The translations under genes were made by a program, and so were the position numbers. A stretch of DNA of 64,000 bases from an uncultured Spirochaetota bacterium (GTDB lineage Bacteria; Spirochaetota; Brevinematia; Brevinematales; JAOACQ01), in NCBI GenBank assembly GCA_963768055.1, contig CAVYGN010000001.1:1440001-1504000 (forward strand), given 5' to 3'. Below are positions 10,342 through 19,108 of this stretch, piece after piece. Each line of letters opens with the position of its first letter. Position 1 is the stretch's first letter. The notes beneath the pieces were generated by a model. The model was given only the letters and a program-made list of their open reading frames with translations. It did no database searches and was not told the origin of the DNA.

Positions 10342-10623
10342 ATGAAAGAATTTCAGCATATCGAGGGAAAGAACAAGGGCAATGTGACAATGTTCGCTTT
10401 AAGCACCTGCGTCTGGTGCAAGAAAACAAAAAAATTACTCCAGGAGCTTGGGGTCGATTATTCATATATAGATATGGACCAGGTAGACGTGGAAGTAAAG
10501 GAAAAGTATATAAGCGAGCTGAAAAGCTGGAACCCAAGCTGTTCATACCCGACCCTTGTGATAAACAACAAGGATTGCATTGTCGGATTTGAAGAGGATA
10601 AGATCAAGGAGGCCCTTAAATAA
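10342..10623 (+). CDS. glutaredoxin/NrdH-like redoxin with CVWC active site
   Basis: [38 protein letters not shown] before ATG 10342. Confidence 0.85.
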   Translation: MKEFQHIEGKNKGNVTMFALSTCVWCKKTKKLLQELGVDYSYIDMDQVDVEVKEKYISELKSWNPSCSYPTLVINNKDCIVGFEEDKIKEALK

Positions 10624-11138
10624 TGCCGGAAAGTAATATCGAGATCGGGCAGCAGGAAATTGACGCCCTTTACGCCAGGCTTGACAGAGAAGCCGAAAGC
10701 GGGGGTTATCATTTAAATCCCGATGCCGAATTTACGAGGGAGCTGGTTAAAAGCCTCCTCATCAATGAAAACAGGTATGGTTATTGGGCCTGTCCCTGCC
10801 GGCTAGCCTCAGGGAGTAAAAATGACGACCTGGATATCATCTGCCCATGCGACTACCGGGACCCCGATCTGCAGGATTACGGTGACTGTTATTGCGCTCT
10901 TTATGTATCGACTGCTGTAAAGGAAGGCAGGGAAAAAGCCAGGTCGATTCCCGAAAGGAGGCCTGAAAGCGAATTAAGGCTGCAGAATGCACAATCGACG
11001 GCCGCTTCCGTGGCCGGGAAACTCCCTTACCCTGTCTGGAGATGCAGGGTCTGCGGGTATCTCTGCGCCAGAGATAATCCCCCGGAAATTTGCCCTGTTT
11101 GCAAGGCAAAAAAAGACAGGTTCGAACGATTCATGTAA
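10623..11138 (+). CDS. ferredoxin:thioredoxin (disulfide) reductase catalytic domain fused to C-terminal rubredoxin
   Basis: GYHLNPD, CPCR, ICPC and CYCALYV, then [17 protein letters not shown] rubredoxin motif. TAATG overlap with the glutaredoxin gene. Confidence 0.88.
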   Translation: MPESNIEIGQQEIDALYARLDREAESGGYHLNPDAEFTRELVKSLLINENRYGYWACPCRLASGSKNDDLDIICPCDYRDPDLQDYGDCYCALYVSTAVKEGREKARSIPERRPESELRLQNAQSTAASVAGKLPYPVWRCRVCGYLCARDNPPEICPVCKAKKDRFERFM

Positions 11139-11218
11139 ATAAGGAAACTGGGAAGGATTTTTTTATGGTGATGTTTAGCATTTAATAGGATAAATTTTAA
11201 AGGAAGTCGATAATGGGG

Positions 11219-11704
11219 TTACTCCCCCTTTCTAACCCTCCTTACAGCCTCCTTCGCATCTGTAAAGTTATATCCCCCTCTTATTAAATAAGATATCAGG
11301 GTCCTGTCGTCTTTTTGTTCTATGATCCTTAATTTCCTGTAAAGCATTTTAACGGCCCTGTCAACCGGATTTTCATCCCCGGATAATTCTTCAAGTACCT
11401 CGGTAATAATTTGTTTATCTATGCCTTTTTCACAAAGTTCGTTTTTTATCCTGGCCGGCCCGAAATTTTTGGCTTCGGCCCTTTCCTTTGCCCACATGCG
11501 GGCAAAAATGAGATCGTCGAGGAGGTTTTCTTCAAGTAGCTTTATTATCGTTCCTTCGACCGCTACCGGGGAATAACCCCGCGATTTAAGCTTTTTCCCG
11601 ACCTCCAATACGCTTCTCGGCTTATATTTGATATAACGAAGTGCAGCCATATAAGCGGCTTCTTTTACTTCAGGGCTTATTTTCCCGTTTTCTTCATAAT
11701 TCAT
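11219..11704 (-). CDS. recX: regulatory protein RecX
   Basis: ALRYIKYKPRS..EV..KL, LLDDLIFA, GPARIKNELCEKGI and YLIRGGY. Confidence 0.85.
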   Translation of the reverse strand: MNYEENGKISPEVKEAAYMAALRYIKYKPRSVLEVGKKLKSRGYSPVAVEGTIIKLLEENLLDDLIFARMWAKERAEAKNFGPARIKNELCEKGIDKQIITEVLEELSGDENPVDRAVKMLYRKLRIIEQKDDRTLISYLIRGGYNFTDAKEAVRRVRKGE

Positions 11705-11845
11705 TTTCTTAATTCCTCATTTGCTCCGAAAGATCTGTATAAATCTCCGGATAATTTCGTTTCTCCTCACCGGACTTCAAGTTAAAAAAAGAAATAACCG
11801 ATTAGACTATGTTACTCGATAATTATACAATAAAGGATATTATTT

Positions 11846-12598
11846 ATGAAGTTTTTAATCCTGCCTATCCTCCTATTAATGGCTTCCCCGCCGGTTTTCG
11901 CAGACGGGAAAACGATCGTCTTATGCTACCACACGTTTATCGGATTGCCCTGGGACAAATTTGATTTTTCTCCTAAAATATTCAACAAGCAGATAGTAAG
12001 CATGAAAAAGCTCGGGTACAGGTTTGTCAGCTTCCAGGACATGCTTTCTAATACTTTGACAGGAAACACGAATATCCTTATCACATTTGACGACGGAAAC
12101 CAGTCGGTGCGTTCCGTTTATCAAAATATAGTTGAAAAATACGGGATTAAGCCGATCCTTTTTATTTATCCGGCAATTATAAGCCATGTACATTACGCTT
12201 TGAACTATTCCGATCTCCAGGTTTTTGAAAATGAGGGGGCCGTTATCGGGGCGCATGGTTACTACCATCTTTTCGTAAACGAAAAATTGTACAAACGGGA
12301 CTCCGTTTCTTTCATACGCGAAATCTATAAGCCGAAGGACATACTCAGTAAAAACCTCAAAACCAATGTAAATATTTACGCATACCCCTTCGGGGCCTAT
12401 TCCGAGGTAACGGTAGATTATCTGAAAAAAGCAGGTTACTCTTACGCTTTTACTATAAAACCCGGCCCGACAAAAGTTCCGCTGGGATTAAACCCCGATC
12501 CCTATAAATTGCCCCGCTACCTGGTAACAAAGTCGAGCTGGAAATATATTTATAGACTATTAAAAAATAACGCCAGGTCTTACAGGCAAATTTCATAA
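11846..12598 (+). CDS. polysaccharide deacetylase (CE4), signal peptide
   Basis: VLCYH, ITFDDG, GAHGYYH, YAYPFG and LPRY. Confidence 0.9.
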   Translation: MKFLILPILLLMASPPVFADGKTIVLCYHTFIGLPWDKFDFSPKIFNKQIVSMKKLGYRFVSFQDMLSNTLTGNTNILITFDDGNQSVRSVYQNIVEKYGIKPILFIYPAIISHVHYALNYSDLQVFENEGAVIGAHGYYHLFVNEKLYKRDSVSFIREIYKPKDILSKNLKTNVNIYAYPFGAYSEVTVDYLKKAGYSYAFTIKPGPTKVPLGLNPDPYKLPRYLVTKSSWKYIYRLLKNNARSYRQIS

Positions 12599-12616
12599 GG
12601 ATCATAAGGAAACGAT

Positions 12617-14365
12617 ATGAGACCTGTCAGAATATCGATATGCCAGTATAATTTCACAGTTGGCGATATCAACGGCAATATTCAAAAAATTAAAGAGGGG
12701 ATTGTCAGGGCCCTCGATGAAAAATCAGACATGGCCGTTTTCCCCGAGCTTGCTCTCACAGGCTACCCTCCTGAGGACCTTGTTTTTAAACCCCAGTTTA
12801 TCGATAAATCGATAAATGCAATGGAATCCCTCTCCGATTATTCTAAAGGGAAAAAGATCCTGATCATAGCGGGTTATATTTTCAGAGACCAGGCAAGCGG
12901 CAATATTTTCGATTCAGCCGGTATCGTATATAACGGCAGGCTTGCAGGAATATACAATAAGATTTACCTTCCTAATTACGGGGTTTTTGACGAACAGCGT
13001 TATTTTTCACCCGGAAACTGCCTTCCGGTATATATTTACAGGGGAGTCCGCATTGGAATCAATATCTGTGAAGATATCTGGTATCCGACCGGGCCGCTTC
13101 ATTATCAGTCGTCATCCCTGAACGCCGAACTGATTATCAATATAAGCGCGTCCCCCTTCCATACCGGCAAGCAGGACTATAGGGAAAAAATGTTCGGTAC
13201 GAGAGCCGGGGACGAATCGGTAATCCTGGTGAACTGCAACCTTGTCGGGGGACAGGATGAACTGGTTTTCGACGGTTTTTCAACTGCATATGATGCTGAC
13301 GGCAATTTGATCGCAAGGCTTGACGGGTTCAGGCAGGATTTCGCTACAATTGAAGTTGACGCCGATTCGGTGTTCAGGAAGAGGCTGAAGGATATCAGGA
13401 GAAGGCAGGAAAAGGAAAGTCAGGTCAGCCCGTTCAAGATTATGACATTAGAAATCGACCCTCATATAATTAAAGATCGCAAGCCTGCCCTTTATATGCC
13501 CCCTATTAAAGATAAAAAAAGCAATATTGCCGATATTTATGAGGCTTTAACGCTCGGAACATCGGATTATGTAGATAAAAACGGATTTGATAAAGTGATA
13601 GTGGCCCTCAGCGGCGGAATCGATTCGGCGCTTGTCGCTGCAATAGCGGTAGACGCTCTAGGACCTGAAAAGGTTATAGGGATTTTCCTCCCTTCAATTT
13701 TTTCCGCTTCCATAAGCGGTGAGGATGCCCGTAAACTATCTCATAATTTGGGGATCGAACTTCTGGAACTTTCGATACAGGACATTTATGAATTATACAA
13801 TTTAAAACTCAAAGGGATTTTCGGAGGAAAACCCTTCGGGGTAGCTGAAGAAAACCTTCAGTCCCGAATCAGGGGTAATATCGTGATGGCGATATCGAAT
13901 AAATTCGGATGGCTGGTCCTTACGACCGGCAATAAAAGCGAAATGAGCACAGGATATGCCACATTATATGGAGATATGGCCGGGGGTTTCGCTGTGATCA
14001 AAGATGTATTGAAAACCACAGTGTTTGAACTTGCAGGATTTCGGAACGGAATAAAACCTGTGATACCCCGGAGAATCATCGAGAGGGCGCCTTCTGCCGA
14101 ACTTCGGGAAGAGCAGAAAGACACCGATACCCTGCCGGATTACCCTGTTCTCGACAGGATAATCAAGGCCTATGTTGAACAGGACAACCCTATTGATGAA
14201 ATAATAAAAGAATCGGGGAATGAAAAACTTGTCAGGAAAGTAATTGCCATGATAGATAAAAGCGAGTATAAAAGAAGGCAATCTCCCCCCGGGATAAAAA
14301 TCACCCCGAGGGCGTTCGGCCGGGACAGAAGAATGCCGATCACGAACTCTTTCAGAACCGAATAA
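12617..14365 (+). CDS. nadE: glutamine-dependent NAD+ synthetase
   Basis: Nitrilase domain (FPELALTGYPPED, KIYLPNYGVFDE, ICEDIW) plus ALSGGIDS, ENLQSRIRG, TGNKSE and PSAEL. Confidence 0.97.
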   Translation: MRPVRISICQYNFTVGDINGNIQKIKEGIVRALDEKSDMAVFPELALTGYPPEDLVFKPQFIDKSINAMESLSDYSKGKKILIIAGYIFRDQASGNIFDSAGIVYNGRLAGIYNKIYLPNYGVFDEQRYFSPGNCLPVYIYRGVRIGINICEDIWYPTGPLHYQSSSLNAELIINISASPFHTGKQDYREKMFGTRAGDESVILVNCNLVGGQDELVFDGFSTAYDADGNLIARLDGFRQDFATIEVDADSVFRKRLKDIRRRQEKESQVSPFKIMTLEIDPHIIKDRKPALYMPPIKDKKSNIADIYEALTLGTSDYVDKNGFDKVIVALSGGIDSALVAAIAVDALGPEKVIGIFLPSIFSASISGEDARKLSHNLGIELLELSIQDIYELYNLKLKGIFGGKPFGVAEENLQSRIRGNIVMAISNKFGWLVLTTGNKSEMSTGYATLYGDMAGGFAVIKDVLKTTVFELAGFRNGIKPVIPRRIIERAPSAELREEQKDTDTLPDYPVLDRIIKAYVEQDNPIDEIIKESGNEKLVRKVIAMIDKSEYKRRQSPPGIKITPRAFGRDRRMPITNSFRTE

Positions 14366-14393
14366 AAGGTTCTAGTTGCTATCTTAAAATGAT

Positions 14394-15578
14394 CTATTTT
14401 CTTTTCTTCCAATTTTTAAGTATTTCAATATAACGTCCCTTCACAGAATCTACAGCCTTTTCCCAGGGCTTATTGATTGTTTCCCTTGCGTTTTTGCCGA
14501 CAAGCTCCAGGTTTTTCCGGTCGGATAGGACGTTCTTGATAACCTCCGCCATAGCTTCAGGCTTATTTTCAGTAAGAAAGCAGTTATAATTATCTTTTGA
14601 GCCCTCGGCGGTATTGCTCCCTCTGACCATAATAGAGGGCTTTCCCGCCGCGGCTGCTTCCTGAACCACAAGGCTCGAGGTATCATAAAGAGACGGGAAT
14701 ATGAACAGGTCCATGCGGGAATACAGCATTCTAATAAATTCCCTGTCCGAAATAAGGCCCGCAAATATTACATTTTGACTAAGATCAAGGTCTTCTACCA
14801 TCTTTTTCATTTCGGGTTCATCATCCCCTTTCCCAACGAAAATCATCTTGAAGGGTATTTTTTTATTCTTCAATGCTGCTAAAGAATCAATGGTCATTTT
14901 AAGGTTTTTATGCCATACATGCTGGCCGACATAAAGAAGAATATTGTCGTTTTCCGAAATGCCGTATTTCTTGTTGACTATTTCACGGGCTTTCAGAGGG
15001 TCCGCAGGAGGTTCGTAATCGTTGCCGTTCTCAGCAACCTCTACTGTTTTTTTGAATCCGTAACCTTTAAGGGTTTCCGCCGATGATGCGTTAGGGGTCC
15101 AGACAAAATCGCATTTATGATAAAAATCCACGGCCCATTTAAGTAAATCCCCTGCAAGGGGTTTGTATTTTACTGCCGTTAGAAAATCGTCATAGTACTT
15201 TGTATGAAAGGTCGCAACGATAGGAATATTCCTTTTTTTTGCTATAGTAAGGCCGAGCCGTCCCGAACTGAAAGGGCAATGGGCATGTATGATGTCGAAC
15301 GGAATGTTTTTCATAATATAGGGGAGGCGAATATCCAGCCTGGGCAGGCCAAGCCTGTAGGATCCCCTGAAGGGCTGAGGCAATGAAAAGTAAGTGACAA
15401 ACTCAAATTCATCCTCAGTATAAATATGTCTCGGATATTTCGGAGTTACGACAATTGAACGGACATTTTTTTTCCTGAGCCATTTCGCATAATTGTATGT
15501 AACGTTTGCGACTCCGTCAAGAACCGGCGCAAATGAATCGTTAAAAATTCCGGCACAAAAATCGAATTTCGAGGCCAT
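14394..15578 (-). CDS. GT4 glycosyltransferase (diacylglycerol glucosyltransferase-like)
   Basis: FNDSFAPVLDGV, DIIHAHCPF, TFHTKY and FIFPSLYDTSSLVVQEAAAAGKP. Confidence 0.85.
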   Translation of the reverse strand: MASKFDFCAGIFNDSFAPVLDGVANVTYNYAKWLRKKNVRSIVVTPKYPRHIYTEDEFEFVTYFSLPQPFRGSYRLGLPRLDIRLPYIMKNIPFDIIHAHCPFSSGRLGLTIAKKRNIPIVATFHTKYYDDFLTAVKYKPLAGDLLKWAVDFYHKCDFVWTPNASSAETLKGYGFKKTVEVAENGNDYEPPADPLKAREIVNKKYGISENDNILLYVGQHVWHKNLKMTIDSLAALKNKKIPFKMIFVGKGDDEPEMKKMVEDLDLSQNVIFAGLISDREFIRMLYSRMDLFIFPSLYDTSSLVVQEAAAAGKPSIMVRGSNTAEGSKDNYNCFLTENKPEAMAEVIKNVLSDRKNLELVGKNARETINKPWEKAVDSVKGRYIEILKNWKKRK

Positions 15579-15679
15579 TTTTTTCTCCTTTATTTTTTTT
15601 CAACATTAATTAAAATTATATTATAATATAATCGGTCTGGCAATCTTTATACCTGATAAAAAACCGGGAGGTTTGTTTT

Positions 15680-16804
15680 ATGTCACAGCTTACTATAAGG
15701 ACCGTGAATTCCAGGCGTGACCGTCTTGAATTTATCAAATCCTCGTGGAATTTTTACAAGAATGACCGGCACTGGGTCCCGCCCCTGATATTCGACCAGA
15801 TGGAATTCCTGGACCCTGGGAAGGGAGTTTTCTTCGATTACGGGGAAGCGAAACTTTTCCTTGCTTACAAAAACGGAAAGCCGGTCGGCAGGTTATCAGC
15901 CCATATCAATAACAGGCATGAAGAATTATACCATGATAACAAAGGTTTCTTCGGATTTTTCGAATGCGAGAATGATCGGGAAACAGCCAGGGCCCTTTTT
16001 ACGGAAGCCGAAAAGTACCTGAAAAATCACGGAAAGACATCGATTGAAGGGCCTTTAAGTTTCAGCATTTATGACGAGGTCGGAGTCCTGGTCGACGGCT
16101 TCGATACCGATCCTTATGTAATGAACGTTCATAATCCCGAATATTACGGCAGGTTGATTGAAAATAACGGTTTTAAAAAATCAGTCGACTGGTACGCTTT
16201 CAGGACCAGGAAGGGCGTTACCGACAAGGCCCTTGATCCCCGGTTCTTTAAAATTCGCGACAGGATTGTTAAAAATCCTGCCGTCAATATATATACTATA
16301 AAAGGCAGGAATATTGATGTGGAGGCGGAAAAGCTCAAGGAGATTTTCCATAACGCCTGGAACAGTAACTGGGGGCATGTGAATTTCACTGACCGGGAAT
16401 TCAACCGCCTCAAATCCGCCTTGAAAATGATGTATGTGGAGGATCTGACTTTCTTTGCTGAATATAAGGGAAAACCGGTGGGGTTCGCCCTCACGGTTTA
16501 CAACGCCAATGAGGCCGTGAAGAAAATGAATGGAAGGCTATTTCCGTTCGGTTTTATCCAGTTAATGAAGTTTAAAAAATCGCGGAAGTTCAGGCTTTTC
16601 GCAATGGGAGTTCTGGAGGAATACCGCCACCTCGGCCTGGAGACAGCCCTGAATATGTCCGTTATTGAGAAGGGCCTGGAGCTCGGTTTTATTGAAGCCG
16701 AGGAATCCCTTATAGTTGAAACGAACGAGAGGATGCTTAGTTCGATGGAACACCTCCTGGCTGAACGCTACAAGACTTACAGGATTTACTCGAAAAACAT
16801 TTAG
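15680..16804 (+). CDS. double-GNAT N-acyltransferase (YghO-like family)
   Basis: WVPPL, GFFGFFEC, GVLVDGF, HNPEYY, AWNSNWG and MGVLEEYRHLGLE..KTYRIY. Confidence 0.75.
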   Translation: MSQLTIRTVNSRRDRLEFIKSSWNFYKNDRHWVPPLIFDQMEFLDPGKGVFFDYGEAKLFLAYKNGKPVGRLSAHINNRHEELYHDNKGFFGFFECENDRETARALFTEAEKYLKNHGKTSIEGPLSFSIYDEVGVLVDGFDTDPYVMNVHNPEYYGRLIENNGFKKSVDWYAFRTRKGVTDKALDPRFFKIRDRIVKNPAVNIYTIKGRNIDVEAEKLKEIFHNAWNSNWGHVNFTDREFNRLKSALKMMYVEDLTFFAEYKGKPVGFALTVYNANEAVKKMNGRLFPFGFIQLMKFKKSRKFRLFAMGVLEEYRHLGLETALNMSVIEKGLELGFIEAEESLIVETNERMLSSMEHLLAERYKTYRIYSKNI

Positions 16805-16841
16805 ACAACTTAGAAGCGCCCTGGAGATATTGCTGATTTTC

Positions 16842-18329
16842 TCAAAAACTGTAATCGAATTTCATATAAAGCATGTTATAATCAGCCAGCTGCCCCAGGC
16901 TTGTATCGCCCGGGCCGCTGATACCGTATACACCTGCTTCCACCGTGAGATCCGATACAGGGCTGTAGGATATCGAGACAAGGCCGAGTATGCCGCTGTT
17001 GTCTTTTACATATAAAAAGAAATCGGCGGAATTGACTGCATCTGCCAGGTCGTTAATATCGGCGAAACCTGTAAGGGCAATTTTAATTTTATCATTCAGG
17101 AATTTTTTCTCTAATCTCAGCATGAAATAATCCTGGAGCCTCTCAGGGCCTGTATTCCCCCTTTCGTTAAAGAATCCATGATTATACTGGAAGTTTATAT
17201 AAAACCCGCTTCCAAGATCTTTATCTAGCCCTATTGTGTACTTGACATAAGCTTCGTTTGAAATCGATACGCTCTGTTCCGAATAATTCGTGCTTCCGAC
17301 ATAGGTGCCCATAAAGTAATTTTCACTGGAAACCCCGGTCGTTGTTTTCTGTTCGCCTGGAAAAGTCACCGCCATTTCACCCCAAAAAAGAAATATTGAG
17401 GCGTCCTTTGAAAAATCGAATCCTACTTCCTGCTCCCTGTAATATGAAAGAGTGTAGGCCCTCGATTCAATTGTTACATTTGTAGAGGCTCCAAAATTCT
17501 CAAGATCAGTCCTCATGTTTACATTTACATTATTTACAATTGGTAAATCGTTTATCCTCGATACATAATTGACTGAGGTATCGAAACCCAGGACCGTTCC
17601 AGCCAGTTTTATGCCGATGGTCGAATTTGAAAGATCGGGTGCAGGCGTTTGCACTGCACCGGATGTCCAGTCGGTGGAAGAATCTGAGAAAGCGCTCACT
17701 CCCGTGCTTATATTGGAGACAAGGTTTGAATAAAGCGTGTTCTCAAGGTCTTGCTCCATTAAGGAATTTAACCTGGCCACTGACGAATAGGGTTCGAATA
17801 CAGCCTGAATGCTCGATTCAAGAACCGAAAAATGGTAAACAAGGTTTACAGCCATTACGGGTATTTTCCTGCCGAAGTCAAAGGGGTCTGAAAAGTCATT
17901 CGGGTCCAGTATATCCGTTGGATTTAACTTGTCGGCAGTGCCCCAGGTTATCCGCTCCTTTCCGGCTGAAAGATCCAGTTTCTGGAAAATAAAATCCTGG
18001 TATGTAAAATAGGCCTCGTCTATCGAGATTTCCAGAGGCTGTAGGGAATAAATTTCGCCGAGTTCATTTAAATTCAGTGTGGAATTAAAAGATGTATCTC
18101 CGATAGGATTATCATAATACCTGAATCTTAATTTTGCCATGCCGTAAAAATTGTCGTCGACCTGCTGTTCGAATTTAATACTGCCGTTTATCTCGTTAAA
18201 AAGATAATCTCCGTTTGAAAGGGAAATCCTGGTTTCGGCGCTGAAGTTTTCACTCACATCCAGCGCCATAACTCCCGATAAACAGGGTATGGAGATAAGC
18301 GCTGCGGTTATAAAAATATTTATTTTCAT
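16842..18329 (-). CDS. outer-membrane beta-barrel protein (DUF1302-like)
   Basis: Signal peptide, DEAYF..DLSAGKERITWGTADKLNPTD and C-terminal YMKFDYSF beta signal. Confidence 0.7.
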   Translation of the reverse strand: MKINIFITAALISIPCLSGVMALDVSENFSAETRISLSNGDYLFNEINGSIKFEQQVDDNFYGMAKLRFRYYDNPIGDTSFNSTLNLNELGEIYSLQPLEISIDEAYFTYQDFIFQKLDLSAGKERITWGTADKLNPTDILDPNDFSDPFDFGRKIPVMAVNLVYHFSVLESSIQAVFEPYSSVARLNSLMEQDLENTLYSNLVSNISTGVSAFSDSSTDWTSGAVQTPAPDLSNSTIGIKLAGTVLGFDTSVNYVSRINDLPIVNNVNVNMRTDLENFGASTNVTIESRAYTLSYYREQEVGFDFSKDASIFLFWGEMAVTFPGEQKTTTGVSSENYFMGTYVGSTNYSEQSVSISNEAYVKYTIGLDKDLGSGFYINFQYNHGFFNERGNTGPERLQDYFMLRLEKKFLNDKIKIALTGFADINDLADAVNSADFFLYVKDNSGILGLVSISYSPVSDLTVEAGVYGISGPGDTSLGQLADYNMLYMKFDYSF

Positions 18330-18339
18330 ATCGATACCC

Positions 18340-19089
18340 CTACTTTTCTTTTTTCTTTAAAAATCTTTTTGTAAAGATCCCATGTTGTTCAAGGTCCTGG
18401 TCAAATTTCACATCCGAGAGGAACATTTCTGTATAATGGCCTTTTATGACATCTTCCATCCTTATGTTTACAGGAACCGTATATTGAGAACCCTTAGTCA
18501 CTTCCGATATCGTAAGTATCTTAATAAGAGTTCCCTGGCTGTAAAGCTCCATCCTCGAAGGGACATAATTACTTTTATCGACGGTCATTTTTATTGAATC
18601 GTAACTCCTGTCCGAACCCTGCTTTCTTCTCAAATCAAGGATGTAAGATTGTCCATCCTCATTTGCAATCACGGCAGAATAATCCTTTTGATATTCATAG
18701 CCTGCCAGTTCGTCATAAGAGAAATCGGTTCCCTGAAAATTTTCACTTTTTGATCCGCTTTCTATTCTCCTGATCTTGTTCATTCCGGGAAGATAAAGGT
18801 TCATCTCATCTCCGCTTTCGACAAGAAGCCCTATTCCCTCTATCCCGGCCGGTTCGATGAATTTTATAAGCCGTTTTTCCCTGCCCGATGAATACATCCT
18901 TAGAACCCTTTTCTCCGATCCGCTTCCGTCCTTATTGGCAAGGACCATTACGCATTTCGACTCCATGTCCTTCGGTGCTGTGAGAGTCTGCTCGACTTTC
19001 GCAAGAATATCATCCCCATCGGTTGAATACAGGAACTCAAGAGTTGTCATAAACAGCATTGAAAATGTTATCACAAATATTATCCGCAT
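18340..19089 (-). CDS. outer membrane lipoprotein-sorting (LolA-like) protein
   Basis: Signal peptide, LIKFIEPA..G.GLL, LYLPGMNKIRRI and FQGTDFSYDEL. Confidence 0.85.
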   Translation of the reverse strand: MRIIFVITFSMLFMTTLEFLYSTDGDDILAKVEQTLTAPKDMESKCVMVLANKDGSGSEKRVLRMYSSGREKRLIKFIEPAGIEGIGLLVESGDEMNLYLPGMNKIRRIESGSKSENFQGTDFSYDELAGYEYQKDYSAVIANEDGQSYILDLRRKQGSDRSYDSIKMTVDKSNYVPSRMELYSQGTLIKILTISEVTKGSQYTVPVNIRMEDVIKGHYTEMFLSDVKFDQDLEQHGIFTKRFLKKKEK

Positions 19090-19108
19090 ATGCCGCCTCC
19101 TTTTTTAT

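Noticed and set aside
11709..11780. 23-codon TTG ORF upstream of recX
   Set aside because: Too short, no SD and no recognisable motif.
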